Made by a program: the position numbers and the translations under genes. A stretch of 56,589 nt of DNA, counting the filler, from Jimgerdemannia flammicorona (taxonomy: Eukaryota): the NCBI GenBank assembly GCA_003990765.1. It is 3 parts of 3 records of this genome, joined end to end, with 100 filler letters (N's around TTAATTAATTAA, not from the genome) between each part and the next. Parts side by side here need not be neighbours in the genome. Positions count along the whole stretch, not along the records: positions 18,900 to 37,695 come from RBNJ01002114.1; positions 37,796 to 56,589 come from RBNJ01002115.1; 1 more part is not named here. The stretch is one strand, 5' to 3'. Of the stretch, positions 35,440 to 49,199 are shown piece after piece. The notes below the pieces were generated by a model that had not been told where the DNA came from, made no database searches, and was given only the letters and a program-made list of their open reading frames with translations. The number at the start of each line of letters is the position of its first letter. The first letter of the stretch is position 1.

Positions 35440-36122
35440 ACCCATAAATAGCCTAGCAGTCATAGTATAGTTAGATTAGCCTTGTACGACGTAACTGTAA
35501 ACTGATTCAGTAGTCAGACAATCTCTTGACATATCAGATCACACTTGTCCTACGTAACTGCATTCCGACTCAGCAAAGCACTTAGTGCTACATCCATATT
35601 TAGCATAGTCCAGATAGCCCCTCACTAGTATAAATACCCCCTCCCCCAGACCTCAGAATCTCAGACTCGAATATACAAGAACATTCCTGAATACTTCCCT
35701 ACAATATCCCTTCATACAAATACTTCTAGTATAGCAATATCATGAATAGCAAATAAAACCTATTCCATAACCCACAAATCACTCTTAAGTAAATCTGCTC
35801 CCACTCCTTGTTAGGTCCCACTCCTAACCCTGTCATGAAATTTCCTAATTGGGTACTGTCTGCAGCAATACACCAATTCAACTAAGCTGGTCTTAGTTTT
35901 TTGAACTTCCTAAAATACAGAAAATCCTGAATATCCAGAACTAGTCCGAAAAAGAACTTTGGTTGAGATGTCAACCCAATCTTGAAATCAATAAGCGTAG
36001 AGGATGTACTCTATACGAAATTGATCTTGACCATAAGAAAACAGTCTTCCAGAATATCCTGAACCTCCAGAAAACCCTTCCAGAACTATATAAAGGTTGC
36101 CCTAAAAAGTAACCCTCTTACA

Positions 36123-36885
36123 CATGAACCATTATTCCTAGACGACTACTTTATCAGAGATGATGCAATTGATGGTGATATCATTGAGGACTACCCAGAC
36201 AGCACCTATACCCATAATTAGCCTAGCAGTCATAATATAGTTAGATTAGCCTTGTACGATGTGACTGTGAACTGACTTAGTAGTCAGATAATCTCTTGAT
36301 ATATCAGATCACACTTGTACTATGTGACTGCATTCTGACTCAGCAAGACACTTAGTACTACATCCATATCTAGCATAGTCCAGATAGCCCCTCACTAGTA
36401 TAAATACCCCCTCCCCCAGACCTCAGAATCTCAGACTTGAACACATAAGAATATTCCTGAATACTTCCCCCACAATATCCCTTTACATAACCACTCCTAG
36501 TATAGCAATATCATGAATAGCAAATAAACCTATTTAATAACCCACAAACCACTCTTAAGTAAATCTGCTCCCTGTTAGGTCCCACTCCTAACCCTGTCAC
36601 GAAATTTCCTAATTGGGTATTGTCTGCAGCAATACACCAATTCAACTAAGCTGGTCTTAGTTTCTTGAACTTCCTGAAATATGGAAATCCTGAATATCCA
36701 GAACTAGTCCGAAAAAGGACTTTGGTTGAGACATCAATCTGATCTAGAAATCAATAAGCATAGAGGACGTACTCCATATGAAATTGATCTTGACCATAAG
36801 AAAACGGTCTTCCAGAATATCCAGAACTTCCAGAAAACCCTTCCAGAACTACGTAACGGTTACCCTAAAAAGTAACCCTCTTATA
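36123..36885 (+). repeat. 3' portion of a further family-B LTR
   Basis: Matches 20431-21199; ends CTCTTATA (decayed TTACA); no PBS follows. Confidence 0.92.
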
Positions 36886-37695
36886 CTGCAGGTCCTCGGT
36901 GCCTGTAGTGGGGCCCTCTGGCTTTGGCGAGCTTCCTGGTGAGTACAGTTCTGGCATAGGTAACTGCTTTTCAGGTGTTATTGGGATGGGAGGGGAGATA
37001 GCCATCATGGATAGGAGGAAGGGTGATAATGGTGAACCAGTAGGGTGCCAGGCTGGGGGCAGTCATTGGGGCTAGGGCAGATACTGCTTTGGTGGGGCCT
37101 TTTGATTGGTGTGGCACAGTTAGGTAGTAGGTGTCACTATCAGCTTCTTTTGGCAGTCAGCAGGGTTGGGCCCCAGTTGTCAGGGGGTCAGGAGGCCCGA
37201 GGCTACCCATTTTAGATGTCTTGGCTATACTCAACTGGAACTGGGAGCTGATATGGCAATGTGATCGAGGTCCACAGGCTTGAGTAGTGGGGTATTGGGA
37301 GTTTCCTCCTGCCTCACGTGTAAGTCCTTTACTCACCTTGACTGGGAGAACCAGGCCCTACCCACTATGTTGTACTTTGATGAGGGTTTTTTCTTTATCT
37401 GTCATTCTCTTTGGGGTGGCAGGGACTTTTCTATTCAGCTCGGGTATGGTGTTGGGTTCTCAGGCATATGCTTTCAGTCATTGGCATATGGTTGGGTTTC
37501 CCCTGGTGGTAGGGAGAGCATGGTATGCAGAATGAGGTATGGGCCTATCAGCCCTGCTGTACCTAGCATGGTTGAGCTGCTGGACAATGGCTAGCCTAGG
37601 TTAATGGGGGGACAGTGCTTGGTGGGTGGTGGGGGAGGGTTTTGGCCTATATAGTCTAGGTTCTCTTCCAATAAAAATCCATGGGACATGAGTCC
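36886..37695 (+). mobile_element. Possible 3' end of a plus-strand LINE
   Basis: G-rich sense strand with WNWELIW and a degenerate Cys/His finger-like stretch. Ends AATAAA...GAGTCC at the gap, like the other LINE tails. Confidence 0.4.
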
Positions 37696-37795
37696 NNNNN
37701 NNNNNNNNNNNNNNNNNNNNNNNNNNNNNNNNNNNNNNNTTAATTAATTAANNNNNNNNNNNNNNNNNNNNNNNNNNNNNNNNNNNNNNNNNNNN
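37696..37795. other. Assembly gap with artificial spacer
   Basis: N-run with TTAATTAATTAA. Confidence 0.97.
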
Positions 37796-40700
37796 AAAAA
37801 AGTGTACTGCCATCAGCACCCAGATGCCGATAATCCGATCCAGGCCTCCCCAGATGTCCCCAATTTCACCCACCAGTCAACACTTGATCACCCGACAAGT
37901 GGGGCCTCCTGCCTGCTCACTCTCTACTCCCCAATAACCTTCTAATGTCTGCCAAAATCCTTCAACCCCTGGGCAATCTGCCAGAACATGCTCCAGTGTC
38001 TGTACTACTCCCCCATCTAGCTCACAACACCACTCACACTCCTTTACACCTTCATCCACCATCCACCCCATCCTGTACCCCAACATGACATTCCTCTGCA
38101 AAAATCGCCACCATACCACCCAGAACTTAGGTGGGGCTATCGTGAGTAGAGAGGTCCCCCAACCCCAAATCCGGCCCCACTCCCACTCTTCTCCAAACCC
38201 AGCCTTCTGCCAACCAACTGGCCACCTCTCGAGCAGTCTCATCCATATCCACTCCATCACCCCAGTTAAAGAATATTCTGCCAATGGGTGGCCGCCAATA
38301 CAAACTATACCAAATTGCCACCATTGTTGTTCTGGGTCCTCCTCTTCACCGCCAGGCTCTGGGCCCATAAGCTCCATTGCTAACCAAGCTTCTACAATAC
38401 CCCACCAGAATCCCCAATAGCACAACCTGCCAACCTTTCCAACCTGGAGCAAACCTTGCATATCCTTCTGAATCTCACTCCAGTGGCAGAACCTAACTTC
38501 CCAATTATCCATAGCCAGTTTGCTCCAACCCTCCCCTCCTAGTTCTGCCATTTGATGACCCTACCAGCCCCGAAGTACCTTCAGCTGCCTTCGAAAGTCC
38601 ACCAACCCCAGCCCTCCATTTGCCTTCGGTATCACCATTATCTCCCAACTAATCTGTGATCTCCTTCCCTGCCATAGTCATCCTTCGACCACCTTCCTCA
38701 GTTTCTGTACCACCTACCCTGGAAAGTCCAGGTGGTACCCCAAGTACCACAGCTTCAGCAACCAATATACATTCAAGACTACAATCCTCCCAATCAAGGA
38801 GAATCCCCTCCCAGACCAGCCCACCAAGGCATTCTCTCACTTCTGTATCAATCCACACCACCACTCTTTTGGCAGCACCATCCCATATACTGAGAACCAG
38901 ATACCCAAATATCAAACTGCCTCCCCAACATCAACTAAATGTCCAAAATATCCATGCTCCCCCAAGCCTGCTCCAAGCTCCATGGTCTCACACTTGCCCC
39001 AGTTCAATTTCGCCCCTACCAGCATCTCATACTGTCCTACCCCTTCCTGTAAGCTCGCCACATCTTCCACACTGCCTAACCCTACCACCATGTCATCCAC
39101 AAATGCCCCCAGCTTCCAGACCACCTCCCCCATCTTCAACTCAGTAAGCCTCCCCTTCAGCCATACCAACAAGGGCTCCAAGGATAAAATATAAAGCAGG
39201 GGTGAGAGAGGATCCCCCTGCAGCACTCCTTGCCCTAAGAAAAACTCCAGGCCACTCCACCCATTCATCAGCACTGCAGCCCAGAAACCTCACACCAGAT
39301 CCATCAGTTTTTGAGCCTCCCCATGCCAAACCCAGCTTTCCATAGGACCGCCTCCAAGTAATTCCACCTCACCCTGTTGTAAGCCTTTTCCTGGTCCAAA
39401 AATACCATTCTTCCATCTACTTGCCAGCTTCTACAACCCTCCAAAACATTTTGCACCCAAGTAGTGCTATCTCTAATCTATCTCCCCTTCACAAACCCTC
39501 ACTGTTCCTCACCAACCAATCTGCCAATCCATTGTTGCATTCTCTCTACCAGAATCTTGGAGATCAGCTTCCTATCCACATTCAGTAATATGATGGGCCT
39601 CCAGTTCTGCCACACACATCTATCCCCTTTCTCCTTATAGAGCAGAGAGACTAGCCCCAAGGAGCCATTACCTATCCAGCAGCCTTCCCCTAGTATGAAG
39701 TTCACCATTTCTATGAGCCATACCCCAAACTCAGTTTGAAACTCCTTCCAGAACTCCCAGGGCAGTCCATCCTCCCCTGGTGACAAGCCCACCTGCACTT
39801 TCCTCAGAACCTCCAACACCTCTTCAAGGGTCACCCCAATTGCAGGCTCTGCCACCACTGGCCAGCTACCAACCAAATTGTTGTTATCCTCCAGTACCGC
39901 CTCTCCCTCTACTAGCCCTCCATCATCCTGCCATAGGGAGCACCATCAACCAGAGATCTCCCCAAGCATATCTGTGATATCAGTCACCTCTGTTCCATCC
40001 TCTTGCAACACCGAAGCCCAGCTGTGCTACACTCTCCTAGTCTTCAAGATTCTGGATAAGTATTTGGTGGGTCGCTCCCCTTCTTCCAACCACTTTGCTC
40101 TTAATCTTGCCAGCAATCCATCCACCACCCTATCTTCTGCTGCCTTCAAATCTGACTGCAACTCTGCCACCTCCTTGATCAATAGGGAGCATTGCTCCCC
40201 GAGGTGTTCTCTCCTTCTAGAAGTTTTAGCCACCAGTGAAGCCCCTGCTCTACTCTCCTTTCTCTATCCTTCTGCTCCCTTCCAGCTACCTCTCCTACGT
40301 CACACCAGTATGCACCTGCTAGATGTTTAAATTTCCCCCACCACTGTGCTATTGACTGGCCACTGTTCTTCCACCGTGCTACTTCCTGTCTTGCAATTTT
40401 AACAAACTTTTCCTGCTCCACCTGTCTCTTGAGTAGTGCCACATTAAGTCACCATCTGCCTCCGCCACCACTGGTAGCCTGGAATCTCCCACACACCTCT
40501 ACACCCCAGTGATCTGACCAGGGACACCACCATATCTCTGATGAATCCAAAATATTGCCCCAGCATTCTGCTACTAGGATCCAGTCAATCCTTGTCCCAA
40601 CCAAATTCTCACCAATTGAATGCCACCTAGTAAATGGCCCTAACTTTTCACCTCAATATTGTCATACTCCATCAACCAATCCCATTTCCTTCTCAGCATG

Positions 40701-41191
40701 AAGCCATCATAAGAACCCAGTGGATACTGCCACACCGACTCCACCATCCAACCTATCTAATGTCCTATCACGCACCATATTGAAGTCCCCTCCCAGAATG
40801 TCCAGCCCAATCTCATCTCAGCCTCCCCAATCCAGCCAACCTTCCACCCATTGGTTTCACTCCCTGCCAACTACTGGCATATACACAGAGCCAACCACCA
40901 ATCCATCGCCAGCTCCTCCTTTCAATCTCCCCCAGACCAATTGATCACCATATATCTCAACCTCCTTCAACTCTCCTCTCCCCAAGCCAACCAAGATGCC
41001 CACCTGCTCATTCCACCATACCATTCCTTGCTCCACTCCTCATAGTCTTGCTCCCCATAGACCCGAATGTCCTGCAAAAATACCACATCATACTTCCTGT
41101 TCTTCAACCACCGAAACAAATGCCTTTACTTCACTCCATCACGCATACCATTGACATTTAGTGATAATATATATAGACTGTTCATCATCAT
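37796..41191 (-). pseudogene. LINE ORF2 (APE-RT-zinc finger)
   Basis: MMMNSLYILSLNVNGMR, LGGDFNM, TRIDWIL, SDHWG, SPGEDGLP, NWRPIILLNVDRK, DQEKAYN, QGDPLSPLLY, AFVDD, CEWC...EHVLADC. Confidence 0.93.
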
Positions 41192-41203
41192 GAATATAAA
41201 TGT

Positions 41204-43064
41204 TTAAAGCTCAGCTGGAGCCGCCACCGCCTTTTCAGCCCTACCATAGATTATTGTCTTCCATTCCTCGCAGATAGCCCTCCAGATGTGGGCTCCATTC
41301 ACACCACTACAGAAGGCATCCACTCGCTCCGATGCCACCTTCCTGATATCAGCCATGTGGTCCTCATCAGCCTCATAACCTTCATCATCCAGAAGTGCCA
41401 CCACCATCACTGTCACCAACTTTGGCCCCTGCAACACCACATTGAGAAACCCTTCCCAGGCCTCCTGCGATCTATTAAATACATCCACTTCCTTGATATC
41501 CTCCTCTGCAAGTTCCTCAAGCACTGCCTGATACCAGTCATCTGCCATCATCACCATGGGCCCAGGAGTGGCCAGCCTTGGGGTCCTGCTCAGCTCCTGC
41601 AGCATCTCTCTATCCACTGACACATCAGAAGCCACATCCACCAGGTCATCCTCCTCAGTGCTTTTCTCCAGCCAGACTACTTCACCTGCTTCTGGGCATT
41701 TCCAATGAACATTCGCCACTCTGGCCATGCGAACATCCTCCAACTGGGTCTCTGGTACCACCTTGATAACCTCCTCAAAGCCCCCCATGTTTGCCTCCTC
41801 CTTATCAGCCCACTTCCCCTTTACTGGTACATGAGTAGAGTTCTCCACTCCCCCTAGTTGCGAAAAGGACACCTCTGTCATCTCCACCTCTTCCATCTGA
41901 TTTTTGGCCAACTCTGCTCTTTCCTTTTCCTCCTTTTCTGAGTCCTGGAGGACCATCTGCAGGCACTCCCAGTTTGCCCTCCACCACCTCTTCCTCCTCC
42001 CATCTGTTGGGATCCAGATCCAGTCCTTGGTGAACTCCTCCCATCTCCTCTTCTGCAATTCCTTTGCAGCCTCTCTCTCTTCAAGGGCGACTAGCAATTC
42101 CTCCTCCTCCTGTTCAGAACCCTTCCTTCTCCACACTTTGCACTCCTGCCCTCTGACACGAATCACTTCTGGCCAGTCCCTCTCTTGCCCTGTGGCCTCC
42201 TTGCCCTCCAGTCTCACCATCACCTCGCAATTACCATTCCTCAGCTTGGTCTCCTCTCAGAACATGAATCCGAAGTCAACCATCTTGCCAAATGCCCCCA
42301 GTGCCTCTACCACTATTCCTTTGGTCTCCTGTCTCTCCAATGTTGGCAGCCCTTCAACCACCAGACATACTGCCTGCGGGTCCCACCTCAGGCACCTTGC
42401 CATGCCAACCTTGATGCTCTTGACAACCAGCTCTTTCTCCAGGGCCTTCACCATCTCCTCCTCCTCAACAAATCCTATCTCAACCACTTCTGCTGATGGG
42501 ATGAACTTCAGTGACTCTGTCTCTGCAATCTCCTCCCCTGCTAGCCACAAGACCTCTCTTGCAGACATCTCCAGCCCCAAAAAATTTGCAGAAATGGCCC
42601 ACGTAGACACTAACTTGTAGAAGAAGAGATGCACCACCAGTTCCCAGAACCTGCTGCCATTGTCACCTTCTTCTTGTTCTCCGACACTCCTGCAGTCACC
42701 CAGCCACCAGCCCAGCCCCAGGAATACCAGTCTCAGCCACACCACTTCCAGACCCCTGGCCCCTGGCAGGCACCTGACCAGTCGCCTGACCAGTCACCTG
42801 GCCAGTCACCTGACTCCTACCCCTGTCAACACTACGTCCCCCCTGCCCTGCCCCCATGGGCCTAGTAGCCACCCTCCTGCCCTCCATCACCATGTGCCAA
42901 CTCTCAATGCCAGCCTGCCTCCCTAGACCACCTGCTCCTCTAGCCCCTACACCAGCCCCTACACCTCCACCAGCCCCAACCATCACCACAAAACTCTTAG
43001 GGAGACCCAGACTAGGCCTCCTTCTCTCCAAATGCTCAGAGCTTGATGAACCCTGAGTTGCCAT
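41204..43064 (-). pseudogene. LINE ORF1
   Basis: MATQGSSS... Gly-rich N-terminus, LRWDPQAV, FGKMVDFGF, acidic C-terminus. Stops and a frameshift. Confidence 0.8.
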
Positions 43065-44357
43065 CCAACCAAAACTCCACCAAAACAGGTGAGACTTGTT
43101 GTATGCTATAGCTAGACTCCTGCTGCACCTTGTATATCAGAATAGATGATGGGAAAACTTGAAAATGTGTTGCTTGTCATGAAAAGATATCCGTGTGACT
43201 TAGCTTACTCTGAATGGTTCGAGCAAAAGGAGTCATACTTCAGCATAGCTCACATGGTCAGATCATTACTGCTATCTTGGGCTCACTAGTATGTTTCAAT
43301 AACTTCCTAAGTCAGAACAAGTTTCTCAGTGAGTATTGAATTGTTTTTATACTTATTTATCCTTCATGAAGAATTTCTCATTACTAGAGATTTTTCTTTA
43401 TCTTCATCTTTGATCTCTATTATTCTTGACTCAGGTAACTTTGGCATAGGTATATATAGTAGTTGAAAATAATTTTAATTAACTACTGGAAAGGTTGGTG
43501 ATAGTTGCTTTGATTGCTATATTTATACTAGCTGAAATATAGAGATCTCTACTAGTACATCTATGTGGGATTCTTGAATTCCTTTTTCTCTAAATATATA
43601 TTATATGAAATAACTATATACTATTTGTGTAGATCCCAGAGTCTATGTCTTGCTGAAATATTCAAGAAATATATATTAGCTAGCTTTTAGCTCAAATATA
43701 TATTGATTGGTATTACTCTTATTGAGAATATATATTGTATCCAAAGTTTATAGATGAGATATATCTGGCTTGGATATGCTTTATAATTCTTCAGTAGTAA
43801 GATCATTATCTCTGAAATACTTATTATTGCAGAATCCTTACTTAACAATTAAGAAATGTATCAATTACAGATATATACTACTATATTAATAGCTTTGACC
43901 TAATAAGAATATGATAATCCTGCCATATTAATCATCATTCAAGCTATTTCAATGAATATATACTTAAATCACTTAGTTATACCATTTGCTGAGATATATA
44001 GAGAGCAATTATTTGATAAGATATACAACATTTTCTCAGAAACTGCTTGAATATATTATTGATATATTTATATCTATTATCTAATTATATAGTATATACT
44101 CTATATCCTATCTCATTCTCAGTGATCCCTTTGAATTCTTTGAATTTTTCTAAGATTTTGCTCTTTATTGATAGGAAATACATATATATTTTAAGTATAT
44201 AGTATCAATAAATATAATGAAATACTTCTTTCCAGAGTATGATGGCATATATATGGGGCCATATATATATATTAGTATACATAGATAAGATGCAGGATCT
44301 CTAAGACATACTTCAATCATTCTTTAAATAGATATTGAGATGTCTTATTTTCTGTAT

Positions 44358-44823
44358 TGTAACGTAGCAGATACTTACTCTTGAAAGTATGTCAGATTTC
44401 TGTATCTTGAAAACTTGATCTTCTATGACTTCTCAGAGTCCTTTGAGTTGCAGGGGAGGGTGGGTAAGTTCAAAGTGTATCTGCCCACAGGCTTACTAGT
44501 TCCTTTGCTATCTCTTTGCTTTGAACTATTTCGATCTCAGGTTTATTCACTCAAAGATACTGGGTTATTTATACAAGTTTGCTAGCTATGAGATGGTTAC
44601 TGAATTATGTAGCTAAGTTATGAGTCATTTAACACTTTGTGAAATATTTCGCCAGTTGCGAAATACTGTACTATATTGAGAAGCTCAATCTCGCACCTTG
44701 CGAAATATTTAGTAAGTGGCAAAATTGAGGACTGCTAACTATGTGGCTATACTACTTTGGGACTGGGTGTGATCAAGTGTCTGTTCCCTATTTCCTTCTT
44801 CCAAATCTGGCTATACCATCATA
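44358..44823 (-). repeat. 3' LTR of element C
   Basis: Direct repeat of 50579-51044; adjacent PPT. Confidence 0.95.
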
Positions 44824-44849
44824 ACTTCCTCCTGAATAGATGATCTCAT

Positions 44850-45322
44850 CCCTAAAGTATCTATTCAAACTCCCAGGCTTCAATGGTCTGTATGGTCTTG
44901 TACTGTGCAATTTGTTGCATTACTGTTTCCCAATGATCTCGCCTGACTTGGTCAAAGTCTGAGGGAGTCTCTCCTCACAGGTGGGCTAGTGCCAGTTCAT
45001 CCTCTCAGAATAGCTTGTGGATTCTCTTAGCAATAGTGATCTGAGAATAGGAGAGCTGGCATTCTGTGATCCAATTTTCTTTGGTCATTTCTGGGTCTTG
45101 GTTGAGTATTTGGCAAAGTTTGAAGTACTCTTGAAATTCATTTTGATGCTGATAGGCCTTGAAGTGTGAGATCCAAGAGAGATGAGTCTGCAAGATGCTT
45201 TGGATACTGTCATAAGACTCCTCTATGGTTGGAGGCTCGGTGGTGCACCATTGTCTCTCAATGGCTCTTTGGGCAGCACTAGTGATCTTGAGTGCCATTG
45301 CAGTACTTCTGTTATTGGCCAT
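44850..45322 (-). pseudogene. Extra ORF downstream of integrase in element C, function unknown
   Basis: MANNRSTAMALKITSAAQRAIERQW...ITIAKRIHKLF; also retained in the relic at about 5985-6430. Confidence 0.6.
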
Positions 45323-45329
45323 GGTATTT

Positions 45330-48300
45330 CTTGAGTCACTTTCAGTAAATGGTGGTGGGGATTATTGTGTCTGAGGGCCTTCGTAGCTGGAAAGTAGTTT
45401 CTTTTATATCTTATACCAGGTAAGGTCCTTCCCACTTGGGCTTCAGTTTTTGTAACCAAGAAGCTTCTACCATGTTTTGATATACCAGGACTTCATCTCC
45501 TATCTTGATAATCTCCAGTGGCTTGTGGATCTTTTCTACATTGCTCCATTGTAGTGCCTGTACCTTGATTGTGTAATCCTCTGCCTTTTTCCTAATTTGA
45601 TGCAATCTCCATATCTCCATATCCATATGCTGCCAGACTGCATCATTTTTTGCTAACAAACTTCCACTAGAACTTTCTTCTCTGAATAGCATCTCCTGGG
45701 GGGTAAAGTGGGTACTTTGTGATCTGATATCTCAGAGAGCAGATAATGCTATTGGCAGATAGTGATCTCAGTTTTCATTGTTATTACAGATATTGGTGAT
45801 AACATTCTTGAGAGTCTTGTTAGTCCTTTCTACTTGTCAGTTTTCTTGGTGGTGATAGGCTGTGGTCTGAATGTGCTGGATCTTGTACTTCTTGTAGAGA
45901 ACCTCAAAGAGCTGGTTCACGAATTCTGTTCCTCTACCTATAGTTACTTGTGTTGGGGTCTTGAACCAGCAGATGATTTCCTTATAGAAGAAATCAGTAA
46001 TTGACTGTGCATTGGCTTCCTTGAGGGGTCCTGCTTCTATCCACTTTGTAAAAAGGTCTATGATGACAATGATATATCGGTTACCAGTCAGGGTCAAGGG
46101 TAGAGGGCCGATTACATCCATTGCTATATAGGCAAATGGTACTGGTTCTATGTGTGCTGATCCCGGGGCCTGGTTTTGTTGGTCTTGTTTCTGTTTCTGG
46201 CATTTGTCACAGGTTCTGGTGAAGTCTGATATCTTCTTCCATTCCAGGCCACCACATGGTTCTTCTTGCTTTGTCATATGTATTTGTTCCTCCTATGTGG
46301 CCTTGTTCATGTACTTCTTTCATTACTTGATTCTTCTGGTACTCAGAGATAACTAATTGTTGTCCTTTCTTGAGTATTTCTCCATCAGTTTCGAATTGTT
46401 TCCATGTCTGATTAATAATTGTTTTTATCCATTCTTCCAGATGTGGGGGCATCTTTCGCTACCCCAGATAGCTGATGATTCCATAGTACAGCTCTCTATT
46501 CATGGTGATTTTGTGGGGGTAGGGTCCTTCAGGGTGTCTGTGAGAGGGCATTGGCATTGGCATTGGTTCTTCCAGGGCAGTGAGTGATTGTGGCATCATA
46601 TGCTTGCAGCTTCATGATCCACCGGACATAGATTCCTTTGGATTCACTGGTGGTGAGCAACCAGGTGAGTGCTGAGTGGTCTGTCTGGATGGTGAAGTGT
46701 CTTCCTGCCAAGTAATAGTGGAACTTCTCTATAGCCCAGATGACTGCAAGACATTCTAGCTTGTATGACTCATAGGACTGCTCTGCTCTACAAGTACCTT
46801 GGCTAAGATAGGCTACTACATACTTGGTATCATTCTTCTTCTGTGCAAGGACAGCTCCAAGTCCCATTACACTGGCATCTGTCTGTAGAATAAATTCTCG
46901 TGTCCAGTCACATCTTCTCAAGATTGGGGCCTGGGTCAGCCTGATCTTGAGTTCATCAAAGGCTAGTTGCTGTTGTTGTGTCTACTGGAACTTGACCACT
47001 TTTCTGAACAGATCATAGATAGGGCTGGTAATGTGGGAGAATCTTCAAATAAATCTCCTGTAATAGGATGCTAGTCCCATGAAGGCATGGGCTTCAGTGA
47101 CACTAGTAGGTACTGGGTATGCTGCTACTGCCTTGATCTTTGTTGGATCTGTGTGTGTTCCTTCATGGTTAATGATGTGTCCGAGGTATGTAATTTCTTC
47201 TTCTCCAAATTTGCATTTCTTGGGCTTGATGTAGAGGCCATTTTTGTGAAGCCTTCTAAGGATTTCCTTGATATGTTCCAAGTACTCCTTGGCTGTTCAG
47301 CTGAAGATGATCACATCATCCACATATACCATCATTCATTTTTCCATAACATCTCTGAAGATACTATTCATCATTCACTGGAAGCTTGCTGGTACATTGC
47401 ACATTCCAAAGGGCATGCAGAGATAGACATAGGTTCCATCAGGAGTAATGAAGGCTGATCTTTTGTTGGCTTCAGGTGTAAGGCCAATTTGGTAGAATCC
47501 TGAGAACAGATCCAGAGTGGTGTAAAATTGTGATTCATTCCCCAGCATAATAAGAATGTCACCAATGTTGGGCAATGGTTATCTATCCTTCTCTGTGACC
47601 TTGTTGAGTTTTCTATAGTCTGTGCAGAGTCTTGGTGCAAATTCTCCTGGTCAGCTTCCTTTCTTTGATGCAAGGACAATAGGTAAAGACCAAGGGCTGC
47701 TGACTTCCTTGATGATACCAGATTCCTCCATCTCCTTGATTTCAGTCTTGAGCCATTCCCTGTATGCTGGTGGAATAGGGCAGGCTTTTTGATAGATTGG
47801 TTTTGCATCTCCAGTATTGATATCATGATAGTATAAGGGTTTCTTGGTCTTGATGTCCTTGAAATCTGTGGTCAGTATATCTTCAAATGTATGCAAGAGA
47901 TTCTGCAACTCCTTCCTGAGGGAAAAGTTCTTTCCAATTACATAAGTGTGTTTGTCTTGTCTTTTCTCCTTCTTGTGCTCCAATTCTGTAATCTTGGTTG
48001 CTGTGAGGACTCCTCTTCCGGTAGAGCCGAATCCAGCTCTTCCTCGCTGAGTTTGTCTGATGTTTGCAACTTCCTTAATTCTTGGGTTAAGGACAGGTAG
48101 GATGAGCATTTGTGCTAGCTGATCCTTCTTCTTTACTTCAAATGGGATTGTTGGATTATGATTCCTGGTGAGGAGTAGGATTTCTCCTGTATAGTCTGAA
48201 TTAATGACTCCTCCTTCTATGGATATTTCACTTTTTGCCAAGCTGCTCCTTGTTTTGAGGATTCCAACATAATTTGGTGGGATGGTTACTTCGATTCCTG

Positions 48301-49130
48301 TTCTCAGCATAGTAGTGGTTTGCAGTTCGAGGATTGTGTGTATTGTGGTAGATAGGTCCATTCCTGCTGCATTCTCTAATTTGTACTGTAGCAAGACTGC
48401 ATCAGGGTGGATCCTTCATATCTTGACTGTGATGTCTTCTTCATCATCACTGTCATTCAATAGCTCTGGTGGTCCATCTTCTGGTTCCTCCTGGTTCTTC
48501 TTTGGCTTGTTGGAGATCTTTTTCACTTCGATGATGCAGGAGTAGCAGCAATCCAAGTACTGGGCACAGTACATTCTTTCACTATGAGGGCACCTTCCTA
48601 GTGGGGCATACATATCTGTCTGTGATCCTTTTGTACTATTCTTCCTCTGTCCACTGCTTATATTTTCCTTTCTTCATGGTAACCATGTAGGCTTCTTCTT
48701 CTTGCTCTTCCTCCATCTCAGGATGGACTCCTTTGTGGACATTGATGGGAATTCTGATCTTCTTTTCCTGATAGATGATTTACATCTTCTGTATACTGAG
48801 ATCGATCATTGCCTTGGCTTTGTGAAGCCATTGATTGCCAATGAGGATATCATAGTTGGTTGCATTGGTGACAATGACATCTACCAGGATGGTGGCTTCT
48901 CCAAACTTGATGGGTGTATCTTGGATCTTTCCCAGAGGTATTGCTCATGTTCTATCAGCTGTAACAAACACCAATTTGGTGGCTTCTTCTATCTTCCAGT
49001 CTAGGCAGTCTACTGCTTTCTTAGTGATGAGACATCCTCCTGCTCCTGTATCAATGATGGCTTCAAAGACTCAGTCCTTGATCTGGCAGGTATGTAGCAT
49101 AGGCGGAGGTTTTGCGATTGTCTTCACTTT
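45330..49130 (-). pseudogene. pol of element C: protease, dUTPase, RT, RNase H, integrase
   Basis: AIIDTGAGGCLIT; AAGMDL, TRSSLAK, GGVINSDYTGEI, RGRAGFGSTG; LDLFSGFYQI, MPFGMCNVPASFQ, VYVDD; QTDASVMGLGAVL, KLECLAVIWA; MDVIGPLP, KWEGPY. Confidence 0.95.
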
Positions 49131-49199
49131 CTTCTCCTGAGTCCTCTTGAATGTTATTGGCCTCAGTTATCTTCCATCCTTACTCCTTGGTTGTTTCAG

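Larger units (their letters stand above)
19140..36122 (+). mobile_element. Ty3/gypsy chromodomain LTR retrotransposon B (LTR-gag-dUTPase-PR-RT-RH-IN-chromo-LTR); 3' LTR interrupted by a hAT element
   Basis: Paired TG...CA LTRs, PBS, PPT and a full gypsy domain order. Confidence 0.95.
27709..36122 (+). repeat. 3' LTR of element B, split by the hAT insertion (27709-27843 plus 34189-36122)
   Basis: The two parts join seamlessly against the 5' LTR once the hAT and one TSD copy are removed. Confidence 0.95.
37796..43097 (-). mobile_element. Non-LTR retrotransposon (L1/Tx1-like LINE) 2; 3' end lost in gap
   Basis: ORF1 and ORF2 homologous to LINE 1; short 5' UTR above 43064. Confidence 0.92.

Noticed and set aside
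9464..36885. Idea that LTR 9464 and the LTR end at 36885 bound one giant nested element
   Set aside because: Flanks (ATAAC / CTGCA) do not match, the 36123 fragment begins with B-type rather than A-type U3 sequence, and a gap intervenes.
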